From a virus, in IMG/VR virus record IMGVR_UViG_3300046820_001062, positions 32,001 to 96,000 of that record: a stretch of DNA of 64,000 nucleotides, one strand, 5' to 3'. The translations under genes and the position numbers were made by a program. This document shows positions 9,956-20,599 of the stretch, piece after piece (position 1 is the stretch's first letter; the number at the start of each line of letters is the position of its first letter). Below the pieces are notes generated by a model. It did not search any database and was not told the origin of the DNA. It saw nothing but the letters and a program-made list of their open reading frames with translations.

Positions 9956-12900
9956 TCAAGAGAAACAATCTGTTATCTTCCTCAATTCATCTAAAATTGA
10001 TTCTTCAGTAACAATACCTCCCTCTACAAATTTACTACTTTTTTCTGATACTTGCTGCATTTCAGCGGTACTAATTACACCTTGAATTTGCTTATGTAAT
10101 GTTTGTAAACTTTCAAGAGTTAAACTTGCAGAAGTTGCAGGTGATACAGTTGTGTCAAACAAAGTTGGTTGTGATTCATCAGACTTTGTTACAATAACAG
10201 CTTTTGGTTTACCATACTTTATAGGTTGACCTGTAATAACAGATTCTCTAATTGCAGTTAATAACTCTTTACCTTTTGGTGTTTTATAATACTCCTCAAG
10301 AGTTTCAAAACTTGTTTTGTTCATGCTGTTAAATCTTTTCATTGATTTCATAGCACGATCATGCATTTCAACAATCTTAGAGTTTTCTGAAAGATCTTCT
10401 AACATTGGAGAAATGAATTGTTTAGCAAACTCAAGATTTAATCTTGTAGCATTCAAACTGTCAGAAAGCTGTTGAGCTTCTTGTTCACTTTCAAACTTTT
10501 CAGATGTTACAGGAGTATTGCTTTTATCTACAACATCAAAACCAGACTCAGTTGTACCATCTACTACAAATGGTTCTTCATTTTCAACAGGTTGAACACC
10601 CATTAATCCAGCAAGCATGCTTGATACATCTTGAGCACCTACACCATCTGTACCCTCTTCTGTCACAGGTTGAACTGCAACAGGTTGTTCTACAGGAGTC
10701 AATGTTTCAACTTCTGTTTCAATAGGAGTTGGTTCTTCAACAATCTCACCGTTCTCATCTACAAAAGGAACAGGAGCTTCTTCTTCTACTTGATCACCAC
10801 CGTTTATAGGAACTCTTGAAATCAACTCACCATCAGGTCCAACCTCTGGTAAATCTTCTTGATTTGCAGTAATGATTGGTTCTTCTGTTACAGGTTCCTT
10901 AGATTTTTGCTCTTTAACTTCATTATCAAAGTCATCTTTAAACATGTTATAAACCTTTTCTTCATTAGGAAGTAAAGGTTGATTCTTAACTAGTTTGTCA
11001 AGAATAACAAATTTTCTAACACTTGCATCATCTAATGCTCCGGCAGCAATGATTTCATCTAACTCTTCTACTGACAAATCAGATAAGCCATCAGATTTAT
11101 ATTTTGCAATACCTTCTTTAACTGCAGTTTTAATAGTTTCATTTATCTGCTCTGATAACTTTTGAGCATACTCAGCATTTTCAATACCAACATTTGGATC
11201 TACAGCTAACGTGAGGATATTGTTATAAGCCTCACTAGAAGTTACAGCTGTTTCAATATCAGCTAGAAGATTTACATACTCTTGTTGATTTAAACCTAAT
11301 TCAATAGCAGCTGTCATTGCTGCAGTAGAGTAGCGTGCTGATACAGTATCTACATAAGTAATCAACTTATGCTTGAACTTACCATCAGCCATTCTTGCCA
11401 ATGCTCTTTGAAAGTTTTCTGGATTCATCAATACATCTACTGACCTCATATAGTCTTTAGTATCTTGATCCAATCTCATGTAATCATAGACTTTCTCAAA
11501 AGAATCTCTAACAGTTTGTTCTGTCAATTCAGTGTTGTTACCAGCTTGTTTGTTTTTAATAGCCATTAACTTTCTGAATGTATCTAAAACTTCAGGATGA
11601 TCTATGCTATATACTTCCTCATTTCTTTTTGTTTTAACGCCATTTTCATCCTCCTGTTCAGTTGTATCTAAATACTTCTGACCAACAAATAAGTTAGATT
11701 CATCTTCAGTAATATCTTCACCTTCAGCATTTTTACCTATAACATTTTTTCTAGTATCCCAAAATGTTTTCCATTTGTTAACTAATGCAAGTTCCTCCTG
11801 TTTATTTTTAATTTGTTCAGCAAGTGCTTTTTTAGCTTCAGGTTCAATACCTTCAGCCTGTATGTTTGTATTTAAAATTTTAAGTTCAGCTATAATATTT
11901 CCCACTTCAGCATCTACTGATCCAGCATTTGTCAATGTTCTTAATGCAAAGTCAGCTGAAACACCCATGTTAGGCATTGCCAATATTTCACTGGCTACTT
12001 GCTTTGCACGATTTGAAGTCATCTCACCTTTTACAGTATTCAATGCAATTACCTGAATCGCATCTTCTTGAGCTTGTCTTGTTATACTTGTAACATATCT
12101 ACCTCTTGATCCTTCTGAATAAGCTATAGGATTAGCTAGTTTATTTTTAACATGACTTGTCACGTTATCAATAGTGTCAGAATACTTTTTAATATCTCTA
12201 GCTACTGCTTCAGAAAACTCTTGAGCTGTAGCATATTTTGTGTTTTCTAATTTATAACCAAATGATTTTTCAAAATCTTCTGCAGTCATGTCTACACCCA
12301 TATCTTTAACAGCTTTGTAAAGCATGTCAATTGAATGTGTACGTTTAGCACTTGCTACTGCAGATAATAATGAATTGTCTTTACCATTTTCAAAATCATA
12401 TCTTGAACCTTGTGCTGCTGCTTGTGCGACTTCTTGAGCAGCAGTCATTTGAGCATTAAAGTTAAATACTTTTTGTTCAAACTTACCTTCGTGAGCTTGT
12501 TTGAACAATGAGTTCATTTGTGATAAATCATCATCTAATTGTTTTTCAGCCTTTAAAATAGGATTTGAAGTAGGATCATTTTTGTATTGATTACTTATTA
12601 CAGCCCTATTTGCAGCATCCAAAGATCTTGATGCTACAGCTGTTGGGAGTCTAATAACAGAACCTGTTAACGCACCCATTAAGAATGTTTTTAAACCTTG
12701 TTTTGTAAACTGCTCTTCAGCTCCTTTTTCAAATGCTTCTGACAATGCGTACTTTGTACCATTCATTTGCCCAGCATAATAATCACGCCACCCAGCAGCA
12801 GTTGTTTCTTGTAAGTTTTCCTGAAGACCTTCTACAATTTCAAACTTAAGAGCATCTTTAAAGAACGCTTTACCAAATTGGTATGCTGCTTCTTTTTTGC

Positions 12901-14380
12901 CAAAATCTTTTGCTACTTGACCTAAGACACCATAAGCACCAGTAAATCCTTTTTTGTATAATTTGCTAGCAGCTGCTTTACCTTCAACTCTAAGAATCTG
13001 TTCAGCAACATCACTAGCTATCATGTTTGCTGGTAAGAACTTATTAAATAAAGTACCAAACTCAAGTTTGTTTGTAGCTAGTAGGACTGCCATGTTTGTG
13101 TTAAAGTTAGAAGAACTTGCATTCATAGCTAGTCCTCTCATTCTTTCAAACTCTTCAGCTGTAGGCGGAACACCATTGTTATCAATCTTATGCTGCTGTA
13201 CCATTTTATCAAGTGTATCACCATAAGATGTTACAGCTTCAAAACTTGCTTCAGTAGCAGCCATGTTCATTTCTTGACCAACACGTCTTAATCCTTGTAA
13301 TCCTAATCCCACCAATTGTCCAGCAGATGCACCACCTTTTGCAGCAGCAGCAACTCTTTCACCATATCTGATACCAGTACCAACTAAAGGAGTACCTTTA
13401 ATAAAATTTTCTCCAAACTCTGCAAAGGATTTAGACTTTAAAGTCTTTAGCCAACTATAGTTAAATGCTTCAAAGGTTTGAGCAACAGTAGATCTTAGTG
13501 GTGAAGCTGATGCATTTGCAATTTTAGCAGCCTCATCCATTTTATTTAAAACAGAAAGTTCTTCTACACTCTTAGCTCCAAGTCTACCAAAACCTTGTAA
13601 TACATCTTTACCAAAGACTCTTGCACTACCCATAAAGCCTTCTTTTACTCCAACTCTTGTAGCAGTTGCTCCAAAAGATACAGCTCCAGCGCCCCCTGTT
13701 AATGCTGTTATAGCTATGTCAGCAGCAATCTCAATACCAAGACCAGCAAATGTGCCCAATGCAAAACCAGCATTACCTACAAATTCTGATACTGTTCTTT
13801 TGCTAAAAATACTATCTTCATTTTGAGGTTGTTCAAACACAAAGTTTTTCTTCATGTCCAACTGATCTTTATAATAAGTCTCCATCATTGTAGTCTCATC
13901 TGGTTTCATTTTATCCCAGTCAAGAGTAAACAATGCTTCAGCCATACGTCCATAACCTTTCCAGTAATCTGAAAATGTATTACCAAACTTATATCCAAAT
14001 GAATCAAAACCTTTACCTAATGCAGTACCCCAAGTTTCTTTGTCAGCAAACTTCTGATAGTTTGTAGTATCAAATGGATTGAAGTGTTTTGCATCAAATC
14101 CTTCCTGATACATATATTGATCTGTTAAAGACTCAGGTGCATATGCTATGCCACTAGGTCCAACAGGTCTATTTACTTTTTGTAGTAAAGTTTGTGGTTG
14201 ATCATCAAAGTATACATCTCTTGTGCTTTGAGCATTAAGAGAATCAAAGTTGCTACTAAAGTTATTCTTACCTTTCTTAGGAGGATCAAATGCAGTTCCT
14301 AGTGCTGTTGAAATAGGATCAACAGCTACACTTTGATCTTGCATGCCTTGATTAAAATCAAATGTTATATTCTCTGCCAT
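9956..14380 (-). CDS. Large virion cargo/ejection protein (1474 aa)
   Basis: Long ORF immediately upstream of the vRNAP, the position of internal virion proteins in crAss-like phages. Has Gly/Ala-rich hydrophobic segments (GFALGTFAGLGIEIAADIAITALTGGAG), predicted helical regions and an acidic Pro/Glu linker. Confidence 0.7.
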   Translation of the reverse strand: MAENITFDFNQGMQDQSVAVDPISTALGTAFDPPKKGKNNFSSNFDSLNAQSTRDVYFDDQPQTLLQKVNRPVGPSGIAYAPESLTDQYMYQEGFDAKHFNPFDTTNYQKFADKETWGTALGKGFDSFGYKFGNTFSDYWKGYGRMAEALFTLDWDKMKPDETTMMETYYKDQLDMKKNFVFEQPQNEDSIFSKRTVSEFVGNAGFALGTFAGLGIEIAADIAITALTGGAGAVSFGATATRVGVKEGFMGSARVFGKDVLQGFGRLGAKSVEELSVLNKMDEAAKIANASASPLRSTVAQTFEAFNYSWLKTLKSKSFAEFGENFIKGTPLVGTGIRYGERVAAAAKGGASAGQLVGLGLQGLRRVGQEMNMAATEASFEAVTSYGDTLDKMVQQHKIDNNGVPPTAEEFERMRGLAMNASSSNFNTNMAVLLATNKLEFGTLFNKFLPANMIASDVAEQILRVEGKAAASKLYKKGFTGAYGVLGQVAKDFGKKEAAYQFGKAFFKDALKFEIVEGLQENLQETTAAGWRDYYAGQMNGTKYALSEAFEKGAEEQFTKQGLKTFLMGALTGSVIRLPTAVASRSLDAANRAVISNQYKNDPTSNPILKAEKQLDDDLSQMNSLFKQAHEGKFEQKVFNFNAQMTAAQEVAQAAAQGSRYDFENGKDNSLLSAVASAKRTHSIDMLYKAVKDMGVDMTAEDFEKSFGYKLENTKYATAQEFSEAVARDIKKYSDTIDNVTSHVKNKLANPIAYSEGSRGRYVTSITRQAQEDAIQVIALNTVKGEMTSNRAKQVASEILAMPNMGVSADFALRTLTNAGSVDAEVGNIIAELKILNTNIQAEGIEPEAKKALAEQIKNKQEELALVNKWKTFWDTRKNVIGKNAEGEDITEDESNLFVGQKYLDTTEQEDENGVKTKRNEEVYSIDHPEVLDTFRKLMAIKNKQAGNNTELTEQTVRDSFEKVYDYMRLDQDTKDYMRSVDVLMNPENFQRALARMADGKFKHKLITYVDTVSARYSTAAMTAAIELGLNQQEYVNLLADIETAVTSSEAYNNILTLAVDPNVGIENAEYAQKLSEQINETIKTAVKEGIAKYKSDGLSDLSVEELDEIIAAGALDDASVRKFVILDKLVKNQPLLPNEEKVYNMFKDDFDNEVKEQKSKEPVTEEPIITANQEDLPEVGPDGELISRVPINGGDQVEEEAPVPFVDENGEIVEEPTPIETEVETLTPVEQPVAVQPVTEEGTDGVGAQDVSSMLAGLMGVQPVENEEPFVVDGTTESGFDVVDKSNTPVTSEKFESEQEAQQLSDSLNATRLNLEFAKQFISPMLEDLSENSKIVEMHDRAMKSMKRFNSMNKTSFETLEEYYKTPKGKELLTAIRESVITGQPIKYGKPKAVIVTKSDESQPTLFDTTVSPATSASLTLESLQTLHKQIQGVISTAEMQQVSEKSSKFVEGGIVTEESILDELRKITDCFS

Positions 14381-14398
14381 CTGGATGGTTTATTTTCT

Positions 14399-17023
14399 TT
14401 ATTGTCCTAATTCGTATTGTTTTCTCATATTGATGTAGTTATCAAAAGTTGAGTTAATTATCTCATTAGCTTTTAATAAACTGTTTACATCACCTGGTCT
14501 AAAAGGAATATATGATATTTTTTGCTCACGCTGTTTAGTTTGTGGATTGTAAATATCCATATTAAAAAGCAAAACAGGATTACCAGATGCATCTTGAGAA
14601 CCTTGGAGATTGTAATCAAAGTCATATCCTTTAAATGACTGTTCACCTTTCACATTAGCACCAGGATTAGTTAAGAACTCATCTAATAAACCTAATGACT
14701 GTGAAGATACAGAATTAATAGTTGCATATCTATTGATTCTACCCAATGCACTATTTGCACTTGCAGATTCATAAGGTAATACAAAGGTTAATGTACCTGG
14801 ATTTTTGATTCCAATCTTTTTACCAATTGGTGACTTCTGAGAAATGTTAACTTGAATATTTGCATTTTGACCATCATAACTAACAATAGCTTGATCCCCA
14901 AATAGGTCTGCTAAATCTGAAGTATTAAGATTTCTCAAAACACTCATATCAATTGTTGAACCATCAGATGATGTAATTGATTTAACAGCATATGGATTTC
15001 TAACCAATGTTTCAATTTCAGCAGCATTTAATTTGCTAAACTTGTAATTATTAGTTACAGGTCTTGTTCTACCTGCATATTCTGAAGTAACCAAAGTACC
15101 TAATCTTTCTTTTGCAGCAGGAGTTAAGTTTGTTAAATCTAAATCATAAGCTCCGTTAGCAAGTCTTCCTCTAATGACTGCACCTGCGTATTGTGATTTA
15201 ATTTTTCCGTCAGCATCCACAACTTCTTGAGATAATCTCAACATGTTTTTGTTAAGATTAATTCTTTCTGATTCTAATGTTTTAAAAGCATTTGATGCAC
15301 CTCTGAAACTTTCTACATATTTAGCAGAATCACCTGTTTTGTGCAACCTTGAATAAATTGGAAGTTTTTCAGTTGCTGCTTTGTAAGTATAACCAGCTAA
15401 TCCATCAACCAATCCAATAGCTTGTGCAGCTGTTGTTGGAGGTTGAATATTAATGCCTAGTTTATCACCAAACATTTTTAGAGTAGCTTTATCTTCTGCT
15501 GTCAAAGTAATTTTTTGACCAGCACCCATTTGTTTAATTCTGTTTATGGTATTATAAACATCAGAGTATGCTTTAGCATCTTCATTCAATACAAGTTTAA
15601 CCAAACCATTTTCTGCATTAAACGCTGTTGCAAAAGCTTTCTCTCTATTTACATTCATGCCTTTAGAAACAAGTTCAGCTCCACTTTGTGGTGTACCTAA
15701 ACCTTGTCCAATAAACTCTTCTGATGGTAGGTATCCTTTACCTTTTAATTCCATCATTTTAAGTTCAGTGGTAATACCAAACTTTTCTTTATCCCAAGCA
15801 AGTTTTTGTCCTTGCATTGCTAAGTTTGCTGCAGCAATTCTTTCACTAGATGCAATATGTGCTTTTGTAGCCCAAGTTGTATCTCCTCTATATTCAATAG
15901 ATTGTTTTGCAGTTGCAAATGTATTACCAAATACTTGTGCTGTATTTTCTCTTGCTTCTCTTGTAAACAAAGAATAAAGATTTGATGCTACATATTGTGG
16001 TCCTTCCTGTTGCATTTTTGCAATATCTGATTTAGAACCATCAAGTGTATTTTTATAATCATCTCTCTTTTTAAGCAATTCTTGGTAATCATCTTTAATG
16101 TGAGGCAATGATGGAGGAAATCCATTAGGATATTTCTTCTCATACAAAGCTATTTCATCATCAAGTTTTTTAAGTTCTTTATCTGCAGTTATTCCTTGTG
16201 TTGCAACCTTTTCATTTATAACTGGAAGTAGTTTCTCAGAAACTCTTTTAACAGCTTCTTCTCGTGAAATACCACTTGCAGACATTTCATTTCTTATTGT
16301 TGTTTCAGCTGCAACACGTCCCATTACTTGAAACTGTCTATCAAATCTGGTTCCCATTGTAGCTTTAGCCCACTCACTAAAAATAGGAGCAACGCCTGCA
16401 CCATTTACACGCTTAATTATATAACCTTTTCCATCAGGAGTAGCTTGTGTAATTTCTAAACCTTGTTCTTTTGCAGCTTTTCTAAGATACTCCATTGTAT
16501 CTTCAAAGGGAACAAACTCACGTGGTTGTACACTTTGCAATGAACCATCTCCTCTTTTAGCATTTCTCAAATCTTCTTCAGCAAAAGCAATATCCATTTT
16601 GCTATAGTCACTATACATAGCACGTATTTTTGGATCAGTACTATTTTTATACTGGTCCATCTTTTGTTTTTGTGCTTGATGGAATCTAGTTACTGCCATA
16701 TCATATGCTAAATCTTGATCCTGAGAAATAGGATCAATTAGACTTTGTGCACGCATGATATTGGTAGGATTAGAAAGGTCAACATTAGAAACACTTTTTA
16801 ATGCTCCTTGTAATTTCTTGAAAGCTTCTTGTCTAAACGATTCATTGTCTGAATTTGTCAATGAGCTATTCAAAACAGAATTGTAAAGATTTTTGACCAT
16901 GCTAAAACCACGATCATATTCAGCCTGTCTTGTGCCATATACCTGAGTCAAAAACTGATAATCAGGTTTGTACAACTGCATTGGACCAAATTGATCAGTA
17001 AGTCCTTTTATAAATGTTGCCAT
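14399..17023 (-). CDS. Virion cargo protein (874 aa), largely helical
   Basis: Long ORF in the cargo block between the muzzle and vRNAP genes. No catalytic motif recognised. Confidence 0.6.
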   Translation of the reverse strand: MATFIKGLTDQFGPMQLYKPDYQFLTQVYGTRQAEYDRGFSMVKNLYNSVLNSSLTNSDNESFRQEAFKKLQGALKSVSNVDLSNPTNIMRAQSLIDPISQDQDLAYDMAVTRFHQAQKQKMDQYKNSTDPKIRAMYSDYSKMDIAFAEEDLRNAKRGDGSLQSVQPREFVPFEDTMEYLRKAAKEQGLEITQATPDGKGYIIKRVNGAGVAPIFSEWAKATMGTRFDRQFQVMGRVAAETTIRNEMSASGISREEAVKRVSEKLLPVINEKVATQGITADKELKKLDDEIALYEKKYPNGFPPSLPHIKDDYQELLKKRDDYKNTLDGSKSDIAKMQQEGPQYVASNLYSLFTREARENTAQVFGNTFATAKQSIEYRGDTTWATKAHIASSERIAAANLAMQGQKLAWDKEKFGITTELKMMELKGKGYLPSEEFIGQGLGTPQSGAELVSKGMNVNREKAFATAFNAENGLVKLVLNEDAKAYSDVYNTINRIKQMGAGQKITLTAEDKATLKMFGDKLGINIQPPTTAAQAIGLVDGLAGYTYKAATEKLPIYSRLHKTGDSAKYVESFRGASNAFKTLESERINLNKNMLRLSQEVVDADGKIKSQYAGAVIRGRLANGAYDLDLTNLTPAAKERLGTLVTSEYAGRTRPVTNNYKFSKLNAAEIETLVRNPYAVKSITSSDGSTIDMSVLRNLNTSDLADLFGDQAIVSYDGQNANIQVNISQKSPIGKKIGIKNPGTLTFVLPYESASANSALGRINRYATINSVSSQSLGLLDEFLTNPGANVKGEQSFKGYDFDYNLQGSQDASGNPVLLFNMDIYNPQTKQREQKISYIPFRPGDVNSLLKANEIINSTFDNYINMRKQYELGQ

Positions 17024-17052
17024 GTGATATTTCTACTTTACTTTTAATTAAA

Positions 17053-20000
17053 TTATTGTTCTTCCCAAGGAGTAGCGTTAAAAGATGCTGGTAAGGTTGA
17101 ACCACTCATGTATGCTTGTTGAAAATTATTTCTCCATGTAGGTGTTTGTTTTGCAGTTTGCAAATACATATTAGACACCTGATCTGCATATTTTCTTGCA
17201 CTTTCTTCTCCTCTTGTTCCAACAGCTTCATCATATGCTTGCTTCCATGCTGCATTTGCAGTTTGTGTCATTGCAGCTGGGTTATATCCAGTCCCAACAC
17301 CACCTCTTCCTGCACCATATGGATTTTGATATACGTCAGGAGCCATACCAGTTCCTTCATCACCAAACATTTGTCTACCTTGCCCAGAAAAATCTACATC
17401 ACCTAAAATAGGATCAATATAAACTTGCGGGAATAATACATTCTCCATTTGTTTTTTTCTGAACCAGTTAGTTGTTCCATTATTAAATGCTGCAATTTCT
17501 CTCCATTTCTTTTGTTGTAAAGCATTGTCATATTGTTGATTCATGGTTGCCATGTCTTCAACATATTTTTGACGTGCTGTTTCATTACCAACAATTTCTT
17601 GGTTTTGAACTTGTGCACTATTATTGTAAGCTTGATTTACAATTCCAATATTTGCAGCCTCTGTTGTATCTAAAACATTTGCAGCATTAGCAAATCCTTC
17701 TCCAGATGCACCAAGCATTGTTGCTAGTCCCACATTACCATCAGCAGTATTCTCTACTTGATTTTGGTATCTTGCCATCTGTTCTTGATTAGCAGCAAGT
17801 TTTCTTGTAGGATCTAATAAGTCATATCCAGGTGTAACTAAATCAATTTTACCTTGTGTAGGTTCATAACGATTTACTTGATCTGTTACTGTACCAACAT
17901 AGTTTACAATGTCTTGTAGCCACCAAGGTCCTTCTTTTTTAGGTTGCTTTTCAAAAGTTTTAGTAGGAGTACTAATACATTGACCATCAACAACACCTTT
18001 ATCTTTTGAAGCAGCACCTACAGCTTTAATATTTGAACCAGAAGGTGCAACAGGTTGTTCACCTGTTTTATGAGAAACAGAAACAACATTCTTAGTACCA
18101 TCTGTATACTCAACACAGAAATAAGCAACTTCTTGTCCAGGTTGTTCTGGTGGTTTTGGAGCATCAAAAAATCTAGGTACAGAATAAGTTACTTGTCCAA
18201 ACTTAGAATCTCTATAATAAGGATTGTCTTCTTTTTTACCTTGACCTAGTGGTGTAAAGTATGGAACACCAAACTGCTTCATTGATTTTTCATTGATAGC
18301 ATCTTGGAACCAACCTGAAGCTTTATCTCCAGTAGCTTTTCCTGCTTTTAAATCTTTTTGAAATTGAGCAAAACCTCCAGCATATTGAGCATCAATCCAG
18401 TCACCATGTCTTCTTTGAAAATCAGACCATTCTTGTGGAGATAAATCTCCTGACTGTCTTGCTGCTGCATTACCAGATGATAAATAAATACCAGTACCTT
18501 TTACATTAGGTTGATTAGCAAATGAACCAAAGTTTGTTTCTGTATATAATACATTAGGGGAACCAGCTAAAATCTTATTAATGTTGGTAGAACCATATTG
18601 TTCAAATTGAGTATCAGTTCTAGGACCAGACATAATGATTGTACCATTGGCATCTTTCATTATTTTAGTTGCTCCTTTGTAGAAAAGATATCTTACTTCA
18701 CCTTTATCATTTGTAACAGTACCAACAGCAATTTCTTTATTTGGATCAATACGTTGATTACCAGCAGCTTGTGCTTGTTGCTGTGTTCCAACAGTAGTAT
18801 TTAATGTACCTGGTTGTGTTTGTTGAGGAGTACCTTGAACTGTTCCAGCATCTTGATACTGATTCAGTGTAGAACCACCATATCTAAATGATTTAAAAAT
18901 ATCAGCGTCACTTTTACCATTTACATTTTGTACTGGTGCTTTTTTAACTGGTTGTTCTGTCTCAGTTTTTGTTTTTGGTGGTGTTTCAGGTTTGTTTCCT
19001 GACACTTGCTTATTTAAATTAGCAACACTTTCAGAATTTGTTACATCACCCGTATTGCCACTTGTGTCTACATATGTCCATCCAGTTGATGAATTAGCAT
19101 CTTTATAGTAAGTGTATTTATCTCTACCAGCAATTTTATATTCTGTTCCAGTTGGTTTTGCTTTTTCAGTAATTCCATTACCATAAGGACCATATGCATC
19201 TGTTGTATTACCTGTTGCTTGTGCTGCAGGTTTTTGATTCATCCAATCCTTTTTAAAAGTAGCTAAAGGAATTACCTTGTAACCTCCATAAGTATCTGCA
19301 TATGAACCAATATTTTTATCAGGGTCTGAAATTTGTTTTACCTGTACAACAGCTCCGTCACTATCTGTTAATTTATTTTGAGTGACTTTATACTTTTTGT
19401 TACCTACTGTATAAACATCTCCAATTTTTGGCATTGTAGGATCTACAACTGGTTGTGTTGAAGCTGGTGCTGTAGCACTGTAATTTAAAGTATAGTATTT
19501 ATTACCTTGACCTGGAAGTGATACTGCTTGATTCATCCAACCCAAGTTTTTTATACTTGTGTAATAGTCAGGATCAATTAAAGCTTGACCTGCGTTATAA
19601 CCCAAATCAAGTTTTCCATTTTTTTGCATTTCAAGATAATCCTTTAAAGGAAGTTCTGTTATGGTGTCGCCATTTGATAGTTTAATAGCTTTATCAAAAG
19701 TTACCCATTCATCAGAACCTGCACCTGCAGTATCCCAAAAACCTTCATAACGTGATTTAATTTTGTATTCTTTACCATCAATGTAAAACTTCTCACCTAC
19801 TTTACCACCATTTTGATAATTTCTAACAAAGCCACCACGTTTCATTTCTTCTTGTCCTTCAAGAACTTCATGAGCAACACCTTCACTTTTTTCCATACCA
19901 GGCATTTGTGCACCTTGTAAACCAGCCATTACAGATTCAGCAATAGCAGGAACACCATCAGGAAATCCTTTCATTGATTCCTGTACTAAAGCAAGCATAC

Positions 20001-20493
20001 CCAATTTTTGAGTATTCTTTTTTAGCATTTCAGCAGCAGAACGTTTTTGAATAGCATCAGTGTCATCACTTTTTAAGTCTTGAACATACTGATTAATTTG
20101 ATATTTCTTTGCAATTTCCGCAGGAGTGTATCCACCTTTCTTTTCCTTCAATCCAAAAATAGTCTCAAGAACTTCTTTGTCTTTGATTCTTAATTTTTTA
20201 GTATCAGAAAATATAAAGGAACCTTCAGGAATATTTACAGGCATACCACCTTTAGAGTGACGTTTTCCAACAAATGTAAATTGTTCTAGAAAACCATCTC
20301 TATTGATATCACCAACTACTGTTTCACCACCCTCTACTTCAATGTTTGCTTCTTCTTTAGGAACAGCACCCATAGTATTTTTAACATTACTTGTGCCTTC
20401 ACCAGAATTAGTGAAACTAACATTTCTACCAACTAAACTATAATCTTGTTGGTCTCCAGGTTTTGGTGCTTTTTTGATTCTAATCTTTTGCAT
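17053..20493 (-). CDS. Virion cargo protein (1146 aa) with N-terminal EVEGGE...G.RH..GG...FSD module
   Basis: The N-terminal NIEVEGGETV...VGKRHSKGGMPVNIPEGSFIFSD resembles a module I associate with crAss-like cargo proteins. Also has low-complexity P/T/Q linkers, xxxGG motifs and a Q/N-rich helical C-terminus. Confidence 0.62.
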   Translation of the reverse strand: MQKIRIKKAPKPGDQQDYSLVGRNVSFTNSGEGTSNVKNTMGAVPKEEANIEVEGGETVVGDINRDGFLEQFTFVGKRHSKGGMPVNIPEGSFIFSDTKKLRIKDKEVLETIFGLKEKKGGYTPAEIAKKYQINQYVQDLKSDDTDAIQKRSAAEMLKKNTQKLGMLALVQESMKGFPDGVPAIAESVMAGLQGAQMPGMEKSEGVAHEVLEGQEEMKRGGFVRNYQNGGKVGEKFYIDGKEYKIKSRYEGFWDTAGAGSDEWVTFDKAIKLSNGDTITELPLKDYLEMQKNGKLDLGYNAGQALIDPDYYTSIKNLGWMNQAVSLPGQGNKYYTLNYSATAPASTQPVVDPTMPKIGDVYTVGNKKYKVTQNKLTDSDGAVVQVKQISDPDKNIGSYADTYGGYKVIPLATFKKDWMNQKPAAQATGNTTDAYGPYGNGITEKAKPTGTEYKIAGRDKYTYYKDANSSTGWTYVDTSGNTGDVTNSESVANLNKQVSGNKPETPPKTKTETEQPVKKAPVQNVNGKSDADIFKSFRYGGSTLNQYQDAGTVQGTPQQTQPGTLNTTVGTQQQAQAAGNQRIDPNKEIAVGTVTNDKGEVRYLFYKGATKIMKDANGTIIMSGPRTDTQFEQYGSTNINKILAGSPNVLYTETNFGSFANQPNVKGTGIYLSSGNAAARQSGDLSPQEWSDFQRRHGDWIDAQYAGGFAQFQKDLKAGKATGDKASGWFQDAINEKSMKQFGVPYFTPLGQGKKEDNPYYRDSKFGQVTYSVPRFFDAPKPPEQPGQEVAYFCVEYTDGTKNVVSVSHKTGEQPVAPSGSNIKAVGAASKDKGVVDGQCISTPTKTFEKQPKKEGPWWLQDIVNYVGTVTDQVNRYEPTQGKIDLVTPGYDLLDPTRKLAANQEQMARYQNQVENTADGNVGLATMLGASGEGFANAANVLDTTEAANIGIVNQAYNNSAQVQNQEIVGNETARQKYVEDMATMNQQYDNALQQKKWREIAAFNNGTTNWFRKKQMENVLFPQVYIDPILGDVDFSGQGRQMFGDEGTGMAPDVYQNPYGAGRGGVGTGYNPAAMTQTANAAWKQAYDEAVGTRGEESARKYADQVSNMYLQTAKQTPTWRNNFQQAYMSGSTLPASFNATPWEEQ

Positions 20494-20599
20494 AATAAAC
20501 TTGTGAAGTTTAAACTTTATTATATGGTAAACCTCCTACATTTAGAATTTACAAATTTAATTTGATTTTTCCAATTTTAGAAGGGTTTTTCTATGTTTT

